A stretch of DNA of 43,497 bases from NCBI RefSeq assembly GCF_006345805.1, contig NW_021835097.1, forward strand, positions 1 through 43,497. Reading direction: 5' to 3'. The notes under the pieces were generated by a model. It was not told the origin of the DNA, made no database searches, and saw nothing but the letters and a program-made list of their open reading frames with translations. Position numbers and translations under genes: made by a program. The stretch is from Octopus sinensis (taxonomy: Eukaryota). The stretch's first letter is position 1, and each line of letters starts with the position of its first letter. Shown one piece after another: positions 25,541-38,559 of this stretch.

Positions 25541-25955
25541 ACTCTTTTACTCTTTTACTTGTTTCAGTCATTTGACTGTGACCATGTTGGAGCACCGCCT
25601 TTAGCCGAGCAAATTAACCCCAGGAATTATTCTTTGTAAGCCTAGTACTTTATCGGTCTCTTTTGCCGAACCGCTAAGTTACGGGGACGTAAACATATCA
25701 GCATCGGTTCTCAAGTGATGTTGTGGGCACAAATACAGAGACACAAACATATACACACATATACATATATATATATATATATATAATATATACGACGGGC
25801 TTCTTTAAGTTTCCGTCTACCAAATCCAATCACAAGGCTTGGGTCGGCCTGAGGCTATAGTAGAAGACCTATGCTCTAGGTGCCACGCCGTGGGACTGAA
25901 TGCGGAATCATGTGGTTGGTAAGGAAGCTACTTACCACACAGCCACTCCTACGCC
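25541..25955 (-). mobile_element. SINE family A, full length
   Basis: actcttttactcttttacttgtttcagtc tail through cttaccacacagccactcctacgcc head. Confidence 0.95.
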
Positions 25956-26009
25956 TATATATATATATATATATTGTATATATTTATATATATATTTTCT
26001 TCTTCTTCT

Positions 26010-26220
26010 AATTGTTTCAGTCATTTGAATGCAGCCATGCTGGAGCATCGCCTTTATCCAACTAATCTACCCCAAGACTTATACTTTGTGAGCCTAGTAC
26101 TTATTTTATCGTTCTCTTTTGCCGAACAGCTAAGTTACGGAGACGTAAACACACTAATATCGGCTATCGAGCGATGGTAAGGGACAAACACAGACGTAGA
26201 CACAAACACATACACACACA
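26010..26220 (-). mobile_element. SINE family A, 3' half
   Basis: ttgtttcagtcatttga..gccatgctggagca..gcctagtacttatt..gctaagttacgg. Confidence 0.85.
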
Positions 26221-26659
26221 CACACATAAACACACACACACATATATGGATATACATCTATCGTTGCTATTATGCAAAAGTGTCGTAAGTCAAAAATGTT
26301 GCTTTTCCAGAAAACGAAAAAATAGTTCCACCATTCCATTTCTTTTTACAGTAGAAACAGTTCCAGCTTAGCAATAATACTTTGTTGGGTGCATAAAATT
26401 GTAACTTCATGCACGCATGATATTTTCAATCGGAAATATCTTTGCAAAACTGGTGTATGTTTGACTTACTACGCTTTCAAAAAACGCTAAACCGTTGTAC
26501 TACACTTTCACAATTTTCATATCATGGCACGTGAAGCAGCTCCAGATATGGCAGTTTGACCAAAAGTACAGGCTATTGCAATAAAAATTTAAATATTGAA
26601 AAAAAAACGCACTTGGTCAAATTTGGACATACGACAATTTAACATAATAGCAACGATAT

Positions 26660-26721
<62 letters not shown>

Positions 26722-26789
26722 CATATATACGTATATATGTATACACTAAACAAACAGATGTATTAGTATAACGCTCAGGAATAGAAAAA

Positions 26790-26829
26790 GTCTTTTACGT
26801 TTCGAGCCTACGCTCTTCTACAGAAAGGG
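26790..26829 (-). ncRNA. Minimal hammerhead-like motif, core CUGUAGA (A6U), family P1
   Basis: Reverse complement: CTTT-CTGTAGA-A-GAGC gtag GCTC-GAAA-CG-TA-AAAG. Confidence 0.6.
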
Positions 26830-26870
26830 ACACAGAAAAAACAAGGAGAGAAACAAGGAGAGAAAAAATC

Positions 26871-26910
<40 letters not shown>

Positions 26911-28130
26911 CAGGATGCGTAAAATATTTGAGGAAATGTTTATGTTTATAAAAAAAACAGATATGTAATAACAGGTAATAATATTATTTAGAAAAAAATG
27001 AGGATAAAAATAAATCTTTGCTGTAACGTTATTCAATAAAGCCACCTTCAGCTTCAGCAACTGTTACTGTATGAGATCTAAATCATCTACATGCTCGACT
27101 CAAGTGGTTCTTTTTACATTCTGGACATTACTCTTACTATGGCATTACGGGCGTGTTCATTACTTTGGTATTACGGGCGTGTTCATTGACCTCTCTCTCA
27201 ATGACGCTCCATATGCAACAGTCCAATCGATTGAGATCTGGAGAGGTAGGCGGCCAAATATTAAGAGTAATGTGATCACGAAAATTTTCAACCATCCATT
27301 CCTGTGTTACTCGAGCCATGTCTCATAGTGCAGAGACTTACTGAAACACTTATGGCTTTTCATTGCATACACTGTCTATCTAGGGCTAAGCCTTTATTTT
27401 CAGGACCTCAATGTAGGCAGCAGAGTTAACTCTAAGGCCTTGTGGAAAGAAGTAATGAGGCATCATTACTTCCATGACAGTTGTAAGAACTTACGTATGC
27501 ATAACATTTGGAACTTCAGAAGGGCCTACACGTAAACATCTGTCATTTCTTCTGTTAACTTTTTGATCTTGGTCGAAGTTTTTCTCCCTCGAAAAAAACG
27601 AAATCAAATCTGCTCGATTTTTCAATTTGTTTTAGAACTGATGTAGAGGTTTTCTATTGGTTTTTCTGACAAATTGACCATTTCTCATCATATAAGACTT
27701 ATTTATATGTGATGTCTTCGTGGACAACATTTCTGACTGTTCCTTCTGACACATTTTGCAATTGACCAAGCGGACTTTCTGAGATTGTAATTAATGTTCT
27801 GTTGAACTTACTGGATAGATTCAGGTGTTCTGATAATTTCAGAGCGTGTAGAATGCATTTTATGCTTTGATACCGGTGATACGTTTCCATCTTCAATCTC
27901 TAGCTCCATATAAAATTTGTAGACAAAATATCTGACAACTTTATAAATCGAAATTTATCTAAATCGCTATGCTCAGCCTTTTTAACCACAATAACAGCAT
28001 GCCTATTAATTTCTTAAGTAAGCTAAGGGTCTGCCATTGTGATTTTCTGAACACAAAGATCATACAGTGCTAGCAAAAATACAGCAATGAGCCAAAAAAA
28101 AGATGTGTCCTCAAATACCTCACGCCACCG
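26911..28130 (-). mobile_element. Degenerate maT/DD37D (Tc1/mariner superfamily) DNA transposon
   Basis: TA-flanked imperfect TIRs (caggatgcgtaaaatatttgagga / tcctcaaatacctcacgccaccg); transposase remnants SEGTVRNVVHEDI and VFQ*VSAL*DMARVTQEWM..WPPTSPDLNRLD, with 37 residues counted between the mutated second Asp position and the third Asp. Confidence 0.85.
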
Positions 28131-28154
28131 TATATATATATATATATTATATAT

Positions 28155-28208
<54 letters not shown>

Positions 28209-28209
28209 C

Positions 28210-28240
<31 letters not shown>

Positions 28241-28246
28241 ATATAT

Positions 28247-28279
<33 letters not shown>

Positions 28280-28418
28280 AATATATATATATATATATTA
28301 TATATTATATATATATATATATATTATATATATATATATATAATATATTATATAGACATATATATATATATAAATATAAATATATACATACATATATATA
28401 TACATATATATATATATA

Positions 28419-28545
28419 CAGGGCGTCCCCAAAGAAGTATACACACCTTAAATAATTGTAAATTGTTATTCTTTGTAAGCCTAGTACTTATTCTATGTTC
28501 TCTTTTGTCGAACCACTATATGTATACATTTTTTGGGACACCCTA
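28419..28545. mobile_element. Tiny Tc1/mariner-type MITE with internal SINE A fragment
   Basis: TIRs cagggcgtccccaaagaagtataca / tgtatacattttttgggacacccta within TA repeats; the interior 28466-28518 matches SINE A. Confidence 0.65.
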
Positions 28546-28619
28546 TATATATATATATATATTATATATATTATATATATATATACCCCATAATAATAAT
28601 AATAATAATAACAACAGCA

Positions 28620-29075
28620 ATAATAATAATATATCTCAAGTAACCAGATAGAGTTGGTATTAATCTTTATTTTGTACAACGGTCGGTTCGATCCATCCTT
28701 CTATGTCCCTTATGAGTTGGACTTCGTTCAACAGGTTGTGTTGCATCTATCCTGCAGTCTGGGTCTCATCAGGTACATCCATACATAAAGTTTTGTCTTG
28801 CTAAAGATACCGAGTTTTGTCTGCCATGTTGTTATATTCCCTGATCAGACGAGCATATAATAATATGACAGCCGAAACTCAGAATCTTTGGCAAGACACA
28901 ACTTTATGTATGGATGTACCTGATGAGACCCAGACTGCAAAATGGATGTAACACAACATGTTGAACGGAGACCCACCCATAAGGTACATTAGCAGGATGG
29001 GTAGAAGCGACCGTTGTACAAAGTAAAGCTTAATATAAAAATCATCTTCTGTTTACTTAACAAATATTATTATTA
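28620..29075. mobile_element. Old ~215-bp-arm foldback, probably an inverted PLE pLTR pair
   Basis: Imperfect inverted arms around a loop at about 28838-28855, including a long perfect stretch tgcagtctgggtctcatcaggtacatccatacataaagtt; each arm has an HHR scaffold. Confidence 0.75.
28915..29020 (+). ncRNA. Degenerate hammerhead with ~77-nt stem II (mirror copy at 28673-28777, minus strand)
   Basis: TGTAC-CTGATGA-GACCC..GGGTA-GAAG-CGACCG-TT-GTACA; the mirror reads GGATC-GAAC; inferred ancestor GGGTC-GAAA. Confidence 0.55.
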
Positions 29076-29519
29076 TCTTAACTAACACTGCGGAGTTCAT
29101 GAAGTAGATCCAGTAGTAATATACCCCGACTGTAGATAACACCAGGTAGCCCGGACTGTGCCAGTATTCTACCAAACACTTCAACTTACTAATCGACATA
29201 TACTCATTAATCCAAAATATTACATATGATGAAATGTCAAGCTGATTTTTTTAAAATATTAAAAAAATATGTTATGAAACCTGATATGTTACTAACATTT
29301 TCGGGAAGAATCTGATATGAAGATGTTCCTAACTTTTTGGGGAAGAATTTTTTTTTCTAGCGTGTGAGCGCTTTTGTAAAAACTTTTCAAACACAAGTTT
29401 TCTTAAAGAGGAAATTGCTATGTTTGTGGTAGTGGTAGTATTGTTTCCGGTTTATTTTCGCACATGGTTTTAATCATAAATATTCTTTTACCATTGTTTA
29501 TCATATGGAGTGTTGCCTA

Positions 29520-30900
29520 TTTTCGGCTTAAATTCGCATTTAGAATTCTTATAAAGTTTTCTTCTTTAGCCTTTCGGAGTTGTACATTTTCAGCGTTTAT
29601 TTTGTAAAATGGGAATATTTTAAATTTTCCATTTGCACAGCTATCTAGATGTTCGCTGCATGAGACATTCCTAATAGATGAATCCCTAAGTTGTTATTTA
29701 TGTACATTTGCACGGCTGTTCAGTTTCCTTCCTGTCTTCCCAATGTAGTTGTGGGCACGTGATGAGGTTTTTGCTAAGTAATTCATGTCTGCATGCACTT
29801 TTAATTCCTTCCCATCCTTGAGTCTTTTGATTGTCTTTTGCTAAATTAATTCACATCCTCCACAACAGGGGTCTCCATAGTTAGTTACTTGCATCGTTTC
29901 CTTTTCAGATGTGAATCTCGCCTTTGTTAGGATTTCTTGAGTTAAGGTGGTTGTCTTCGACTGTTGATAATTTGTGACTTTTTAATTATCCGTTGGAGCT
30001 TTGGCGATTGATGTAGAATTGGAAGTTATCGTTTGGCTGAGTGCAGGATGTTGTGGCGTATAGGATTGTGGGTGATATTAGCAATTTATTCATTGTTGGG
30101 TTTTCGCTGGTGAAATGAAAACGTAGTTGTCAACTTTTTATAATTTTTCGATCTGATGGGGAAATTGGTATGAATGGGGTTATATTTCCTTTTGTTATTG
30201 TCACTGAAAACAAAGTTTGTCTTTTCCTCAATCTCTGCTTTATCATTAGTTTTCATTAATTTTGTTCCGTAATTGTGTTCGTAGTTTTGCAGCCATCCAG
30301 TTTTTGCCTCAAGTATTTTATTCAATTTGGCTTCTTGTATCTCTATGTCTTTTTTTCATAAGTCCACTGGTTTTTCACGTAATTGTTCATTGACTTCTTC
30401 ATTGCATTAAGCTCTTACATATTCCATATTTTTCTTTAAAGCGAGTTTTGTGAAGCTGTAGAATGTTAATCTGTACTTCGAAGATTTATTCTGATTTTCG
30501 TCTTTTCATTTGGTTCTGATGTGATATTCTTGGGACGGAATTTTCGAGAAAAAATCACGGGTTCTCGGTTTATACATTGTGAGTATGTATGGTAAATTCT
30601 TGTTTTTAATTGCTTTCCAAAACGCATAATTTCTTTGATCTAATACATTTTACCATATCTTTTTCATCTGGTTCTTTTTCTTGAGTGCTTCATTCTTCAA
30701 ATGAATTTCATTCCATTCTTTAAAAACATCTTCTGTATTGGAATGTTTTGTTGTATAATTTAATTATTCAAAATCTAATATTTCGGAACATAAACATTCC
30801 TTCTTCAGAGATTGCTGGGAAGTAATGGAGTCACTGTCACAGTCTCTTTTCTAACGGTTACTGACATCTGTCGGAAGCGTTCCTGTAATGGTCTCACGAA
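29520..30900 (-). pseudogene. Decayed PLE ORF: probable N-terminal region joined to linker plus GIY-YIG (RT apparently deleted)
   Basis: Manual translation of 30083-29520: THNP..IINSRRQPP..LTKARF..PCCGGC..HNYIGKTGRKLNSRANVH..CSEHLDSCANGKFKIFPFYK; co-linear with the 6847-7317 ORF; many stops. Confidence 0.75.
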
Positions 30901-31073
30901 GTTTTTTCCGGAATTCTTCGTGATACGTGCGTGAGGGTGGTCATGTCTTGGGCTCGTGAGTGTTGGCGTGTCGGTAGCGCTGCTTCCAAGTTATGTATTA
31001 TATGTGCTTTTTTAAAATATAATGTTTTGTTACATGAACATGTTACCATCGTGCGCGCAGGGTATCGTTTTTG

Positions 31074-31590
31074 TTAAATAATATATTCAGTGTTAATTTT
31101 CACCCTGTTGCTAATTTGGGGTCCTAGTCTGTATATGAGGATAGCCTCCTTAATTCTGAAATTTTCTAAATTTCTGTCATTGGCCTCAATTGTGACTGTT
31201 AGGATTTTGTCGGTGTTCCGGCATCTGTCTAGATGTATTCTGAAGGTGGAGGCTCGCACGTTTAGATGTCCTTTGATGCGAACGTGTAATGTTATTGTTG
31301 TACTACCCATATAGAAATTGTTGCATCTGTTACATTGGTTTCGATATACAACATTTACCCGTTGCCATAAATCTGTGTCACGAATGGGGCTGTTAGCTAG
31401 TATGCATTAATTCCTGTCCCTTGCTCGTTTCTTTGCTCGTTGTCTTAAGGAGAAGAGCCGGAATATGCTAGTTATATGTCTTATCCTTCTCGTCTTATAG
31501 ATCTTCGGTGGCTGTAGTGATCCTTTCGCTGAAATAGGGTATTTTCAGGAAGTATGTGTTGCTGAGTTTTCTGTATTTGGCGTATTTGTC
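31074..31590 (-). pseudogene. PLE GIY-YIG endonuclease remnant (Penelope/Poseidon-like)
   Basis: NVVYR..QCNRCNNFYMGSTTITLHVRIKGH..RIKEAILIYRLGPQISNR. Confidence 0.8.
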
Positions 31591-31990
31591 CAGTTGATCC
31601 GATCAACGGAACAGCTTGCTTGTGAAATTAACGTGCAAGCGGCTGAGCACTCCACAGATACGTGTACACTTAACGTATTTCTCGTGGAGATTCAGCGTGA
31701 AACAGTGTGACAAGGCTGGCCCTTTGAAATACAGGTACAACAGAAACATGATGAAAGAGTGATAGAAAGTTGTAGTGAAAGACTACAGCAGGGTTCGCGT
31801 GAAGCTTTAGGTTGTTTTCGCTCAGTAAACATTCACAACGCCCGGTCTGGGAATCGAAACTGTGTACCGGTTCCGCACAAAGGGTTTGGTCGGCTCGAGG
31901 GTATAGTAGAAGACACTTGTCTAAGGTGCCACGAAATGGGGCTGAACCCAGAACCTTGTGGTTGGGAAGTAAGCTTCTTACCACACTGCG
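31590..31990 (-). mobile_element. SINE family C fragment (31590-31860) joined to SINE family A 5' part (31876-31990)
   Basis: ccagttgatccgatcaacggaa..ggagattcagcgtga..gtgacaaggctgg as at 13140-13270, then tttggtcggc..gtagaagacacttg..cttaccacac. Confidence 0.82.
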
Positions 31991-32019
31991 AATAGCTGTT
32001 TATATTAATTTACACACAT

Positions 32020-32175
32020 AGACACATACACACACACACATATATATATATTTATATACATATATATACATATATATATATAATGTATTATATGCATTTA
32101 TATAAATAAATATATGTATACATACACATATGTTTATATACACACACGAATACATATGCATATACATATATATAT

Positions 32176-32210
<35 letters not shown>

Positions 32211-32266
32211 CTATATATATATTTCTACATACATACATGCGTATAATATATATATATATATATATA

Positions 32267-32297
<31 letters not shown>

Positions 32298-32521
32298 CTT
32301 ATAACATATATCTATATATTTATATACATGTATATGTATATATATATAAATATGTATATGTATACGTGTATATATATATATATGTGTATGTGTATATGTA
32401 TGTATGTATGTATGTATGTATATATATATATTATATATATATATGTATATATATATATAGAGAGAGATCAATAAATGGTGGGTTGTGTATATATATATAT
32501 AATAAATGGTGGGGTTGTATA

Positions 32522-32557
<36 letters not shown>

Positions 32558-32600
32558 TGTATGTATATGTAAACTTATACATACACACATACACATCATA
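32020..32600. repeat. (TA)n/(TATG)n low-complexity tract
   Basis: Direct inspection. Confidence 0.9.
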
Positions 32601-33314
32601 CAACGCACCCAACCTAGCTATTGTGCAGTGCAATCGTACTCGGTAAGACATCACGATAAAGATAACTTCTTAATCAAATGAATCCTCTTCTCTCAATCAC
32701 ATATCGAATTTATTTCACCTCTAATTGTCTTTATTTACCGTAAATTTATTTTTCGCTATATTTTGAACTTTTTAATGTGTTTTTTAATGTAATGAAGCAC
32801 GTTTGGTTTTTTTTCTTCCACTTATGTGAAAGATATTAAAACAAATGTTTGTAAACCATAATATTTTCTTCTTGTCGTAATCTCTCGCTTTTTTCCCCCT
32901 TCGTCGTAAACCTAATTTCTATTAGGATATTTCTATTCTTGTTGTTTTATTTAACTCCCGTCAATAAATTTCGTATGAGTCAGCTTTTTATCAAATCCTT
33001 TGTAATGACACAGCAATAACAAAATGCAATTTATTCTCTTACTGTGTTTAGAATGGGCGGAAGTATGTATTTTTGTTTTGTTTTTGTCTTTGTAATTGGC
33101 GCATTCCTTCATTTGTCGTCTTTCATGAAAAAAATATAATAAAACCATTCAAAAAGACGACAGACAGACAGAAAATTTAGTCCAGACAATATTCTTAAGA
33201 TAATATTTTTTCCTGATGTCAAACATACCATTAACGAAATCTTTGCTTAATCAACTGTTTTCGGTACAAGCTGTTCACTTATAATTTAGAGATGTAATAA
33301 CTTCATATAAGTGA

Positions 33315-33315
<1 letters not shown>

Positions 33316-33405
<90 letters not shown>

Positions 33406-33601
33406 CATCGGTTTATTTATGTATGTATCTATCTATCTGTATATTTATATACATACATGCACACACAAACATGTATATATATATGAATGTATACATATGT
33501 ATATATGTATATGCATATATATATATATCTATATATATATATGTGTGTGTGTATATATATCAATAGATTGTTAGATATACATATGTGTTTACATATATAC
33601 G

Positions 33602-33643
<42 letters not shown>

Positions 33644-33790
33644 CACACATATATATATATACATTCATATATATGTATACATATATATATATATATATAT
33701 ATATCTATATATATAAGTATACATATATATATATAGATATATGGATATATATATATGCATACATATATATATGTATATATGTATATATGT
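33316..33790. repeat. (CTAT)n plus (TA)n microsatellites
   Basis: Direct inspection. Confidence 0.92.
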
Positions 33791-34466
33791 AACGGTTGAA
33801 ATTACTTAGTAGTCAATATTATGAAATGTTGATACTCAGCAGTTGTGACGATAGGTATTTGTTGTTATAATTGCTTGTTGTAAGATGTGAAAGATAGACA
33901 TACCATCGAAAACAATGCTTAAGTTTTAAGAAAGTATTTATTTACCGTTACGTTACAATACATTGCCTCGACGAGCAGGATATGATAAATCCAAAAGCAT
34001 GCAAGGTAAAGATTGTGTTTGTGTCCTCTTCATTGTTTAGTAGTAATTACAGAGAGAGATCGAATGATGTTGTAAAAGAACAGGATTAGAGCTATAGAGA
34101 ATAGTAGAGTGTTGTCCGACCAAGGTTCTATCTGGTCAGCCAGACTTCGTTGAGTCGTCACGACTGTGACAAACTGATTTTTGCGTGGGATGTGCTTGCA
34201 TGTATAAAGATTCAGAAGGATAGATATATCATTGAGAACAATAGATTTAGTTGGTGATCTTGTTACCTATTCTAGCTTTTGTTGAAGTAGAAGAGGTTAG
34301 AAAGGGTCAAGTAGTGAAGACATTATTTCGGCCTAGCTAAGAGCATCTGGAAAATGTAAAACTGCTGTCAGAGAAAAACCATTGTTCCATCGTGGGAAAA
34401 GTTCTGTAGGAGTATTAATTTAACTTTGGCTGTGGTGGATCGAATCCACTTCAAACAAGAAAGATT

Positions 34467-34515
<49 letters not shown>

Positions 34516-34516
34516 C

Positions 34517-34620
34517 ACCGTGACCGACCAGGTTATCAGATGTTGCTACACATCGCTGGTCACAATGTGCCTCGCATTGTTTTAGCCTTCAAAGGACGCA
34601 CCCCGCTGGCTAAGCGAGCC
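34517..34620 (-). mobile_element. SINE family D 3' fragment (longer copy at 42650-42930)
   Basis: cgaccaggttatcagatgttgctacacatcgctggtcacaatg shared with 42651-42750. Confidence 0.65.
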
Positions 34621-34623
34621 AAG

Positions 34624-34670
<47 letters not shown>

Positions 34671-34791
34671 TGCGGTGTGTAGTCTGATGTATATGTAAAA
34701 TTATATATATAGACATTCATGTACATATATATGTGCTTAGTTATATATTTACATTCCTGTCACTCACTCCCACGCTCTCTCTCTCCCTTTC

Positions 34792-34865
<74 letters not shown>

Positions 34866-35886
34866 GAGAGAGAGAGAGAGTGAAAGAGGAGTGAAAGATA
34901 AAGAGAGAGAGAGAGAGAAAGAGAGAGACAGACAGACAGAGACAGAGGAAACAGACATAGAGATGGATAGATGCATAGATAGCTGAAAACATAGATAGAT
35001 AGATAGATGCCCTGCCTGTATATTACACATACATACATGCCAGTGTGTACACGATTTATAAAATGTATACAAACGTAGTACTTTACTCATCTTACAATGC
35101 ATCTGAAAATAACTCTTGTGCTAAAAAACAACGAAAAATCCTAACGTTGATCCTCACTCAAATCGCTGGTGGATCACCAGACACAATTTTTCGGCCTTAT
35201 TTCGTTTCAGTAGTAACAAATTCATTGGATGTGGTGAGCTAAACCGGCAATGCTTATTCAGATTTAGATACTGGTAAGTAAAACTTTTGCTGATTTGCGC
35301 GAAAGCTAAGCAGATTTCAATTACTTTAATATACACACTCGAATCGCATTAAACTGAATTACTAGTGTGTATAAAAGTTACACAAATATGGATCGCCACC
35401 AGATGAAATGTTTGACACAAATATCTTAATGTGAAATACGTGTTATTTATTCGAAGTCAGAATTACTATAAGTTTTGTTTTCCTTATCTCCCTCTTTTTG
35501 AGTTATGAATGTAAATTTCACTCTCTACAGTTGTTGCACTTCGCAACATCCCTCTTAAAACACTTCGCAACATCCGTCTTAAAACACATCCTGAAAATCA
35601 TATGGTCTAATACGTCAGGTAAACTCAATACAAATTCATTAAACACCTTACACACATGCAATAGGAACCGGATTTAATATTTATTTTTGCCATCTGGAAA
35701 AGTCGATATATAGAATCTTCGTATTCTGAAAATTATGTGGTCTAAGGTATATTGGGCAATCTATAATAAATAAAAGAAACGTTCTATTTTCCTTTGACAA
35801 TACCCGATAGGTGGCACCACCAGGTCATATATAGACAGATCGTTAGCCACTACACACAGTTCTGTCTCTCCTTGTTTTTTCTGTGT

Positions 35887-35926
35887 CCCTTTCTGTAGAA
35901 GAGCATAGGCTCGAAACGTCAAAAGC
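35887..35926 (+). ncRNA. Minimal hammerhead-like motif, core CUGUAGA (A6U), within P1 fragment 35840-36016
   Basis: TTT-CTGTAGA-A-GAGC atag GCTC-GAAA-CG-TC-AAA; GUC cleavage triplet. Confidence 0.6.
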
Positions 35927-36012
35927 TTTTTCTATTCCTGAGCGTGATACTAATACATCTGTTTGTTTTGTACACCACCTGTCTTTGTCTTTTGTTTTTT
36001 TTCGTAAACTCT

Positions 36013-36067
<55 letters not shown>

Positions 36068-36192
36068 TACATTATTGAAAATATTCATGATTATTTGTCT
36101 TTTCCGCCGACTCCTTCGCTTGACAAGGAAGCCTTGAGAGAGGAGTGTTATTATTATTATTATTATATTATTATTATTATTATTATTATTAT

Positions 36193-36658
36193 TGAGTGAG
36201 AGAGCAGTGCATGCCATCAAAGTGACACTGGGGTAAAATGTACGAAGCCCAATATATTATCATGACTGATAAGGGTACACTAGGCATATGCATCACACCC
36301 ATATTAGCGTAACATGGTGACCACATATTATGACAAACACTGCATGACCTTGCAAGCGGGGCCCAGTTAGACCTTTCTTCAGGGCGACCTCCCATCCCGC
36401 TCAAAAGGTTCATGAATAAGGGTTGTTTAAGGATGTTGAACAAAACACCCATGTTTCCAAATTCCTCTGAACTAGTAGCTATGATGCTCCCCAACTACTT
36501 CTGCTTGTGATCAGAGATGCACATATCGTCAGCCACCAAGGGACATGCTCAACTGGTTAAGGTCAAACAACTGACAAGCAAATCTGTGGTATTGAGCAGA
36601 ATATTTGCTGTAGCCCATCTTTTATACCAAGACAAAACAATGTACATGATAAGACTTC
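36193..36658 (-). mobile_element. Family E retrotransposon 3' repeat among (TTA)n tracts
   Basis: Reverse complement of 16838-17337 with an internal deletion. Confidence 0.7.
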
Positions 36659-36740
36659 CAATAAGCTAACATCAAAAGACATGAGACCTGGTTCTGCATC
36701 AGGTCATTTATTAGTATTATTTTTATTATTATTATTATTA

Positions 36741-36786
<46 letters not shown>

Positions 36787-37124
36787 TAAGATAAGTTGAT
36801 AGATACAACTGAGTGGGCAAACAAAAATATGAGACATTACCTAGTGCTTTTTTATGTTGATAAGCCTTGTACTTATTCTATCAGGTTCTTCTGGTCAGAC
36901 CAATAAGTATGGGGATGTAAATAAACGAACATCAGTTGTGAAGCAGTGATGAGGGCGAAATACATTTTAAGAAGCTTCTCTGAGACAACATACGGTTCGG
37001 CAAAAGATAATGATAGAATAAGTACTTCGGCTAAAACCCTTTAAGACGATGCCGTGGCATGGCCGCAGTTAAATGACTGATACAATTAAAAGAAAGAAAG
37101 AAAGAAAGAAAGAATGTATATATA

Positions 37125-37164
<40 letters not shown>

Positions 37165-37404
37165 TATCATCTTTTGCTGAACCGCGTGTTGTCTCAGAGA
37201 AGCCTCTTAAAATGACTCTTGTGCTAAATAAAAAAAAAAACAGACAAAGAATCCGAAAGATAGATCTTCATTCAAATCGCCGGCGGAATAGCATGTGTTC
37301 GGGAAGCAGACGTCTTACCACTCAGCCACACGTGCGCCTACATTATTATAGGCTTAAATTTTGAGAGACGCAGAAGCCATATAATCTACAGCTTTTAAGC
37401 GTCA

Positions 37405-37434
37405 ACCTAGAAATAATGATCATTATTTCTAGGT
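37405..37434. repeat. Perfect 30-bp palindrome
   Basis: acctagaaataatga|tcattatttctaggt. Confidence 0.9.
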
Positions 37435-37813
37435 CGCTGATTATGGAAATGTTATCTCAGATTGCTAGCGCTTCTTGGAGATATCATTAGAGATATTTGG
37501 CGACGTAAATAAATTTGCTTTATCTTATTCGGTACCGAATATTACAAAAACCTGTATACATGGATATTTTGGCAGCATATAGATATAACCTTTTGCTTAC
37601 ATATATGTATACCTACTTACAAAGGAGTGAAAAGGGACTTTGGAATCTACAGCAAACAGTACAGCAATGCTCACCGCGTCACCAAGGCGGCATGATAAAT
37701 CTTGACCGCCCAAATTAGTAGATTAGACTAAGTAGCTTTGATGATGACATAGTTGTGACCAGTCAGCGGAAATCTTAGATTACACTGTACCTAACAGCAT
37801 ATATGTATATATA

Positions 37814-37862
<49 letters not shown>

Positions 37863-37865
<3 letters not shown>

Positions 37866-38380
37866 TGGCAGAAAAACCTGCCTTCCGGGTAGTCTTCTCC
37901 TACTCGCTCGATGGTATTTACACATTTTATTCCCTATTTGTGTAATTTTTCTAATATGCTATGTCTAATTCTCTACTTTATAATTTTATTTTTCTAATAA
38001 TAATCGCTCGTTCGGTAAATATGTTTAGACCATAACTTTGTAAATGTGATCCCGCCACCCCAACGAATTTGTGTTTTTTTGGGGTTTTTTTCATAATTTT
38101 CTAAAAAATGGGTATTTTAAAATGAAATGTTCTTTGAAAACAGTTCAGATATCTGTAGAAAAAGATTATAAAAAATCTTAAGCAAAAAATAAATATTTTG
38201 TAGAGTGGGGGTTACTTGACGAATTTCGACTTTGTTTCCTCATACATTTTGATTGCGTATATTTCTACTATGTCTACTTTTGTGACTCATGTTAATCCTA
38301 TATTTCTTGCGTACTAAAGGACCACGTAGTGGTTGAGCTACCGCTGAGGTTTCTTTAAAAGAAATATATTAAGATTGTCA
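37863..38380 (-). mobile_element. Possible non-autonomous Helitron (3' end near 37865; far boundary uncertain)
   Basis: Reverse complement ends acccggaaggcaggt (hairpin)-ttttctg-CCAG-T, resembling a mutated CTAG end. Confidence 0.35.
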
Positions 38381-38559
38381 AAATTTAAGAAAAGAAGTAT
38401 CTATTCAACAGATAATGATAGCATAGTACACACGTTTCTACGAAGATTTCTTTTAGAGATAATGAATAAAGCTTCTTGCTGAGTTGTATAGACTCACTAG
38501 GCAGTTTTTTCCGATTTCTGTGGCATGTATATCATCTGTCTCTGGGTGGGACGCATGCA

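Noticed and set aside
35538-35590. 24-bp tandem duplication
   Set aside because: Ordinary local slippage with no further structure.
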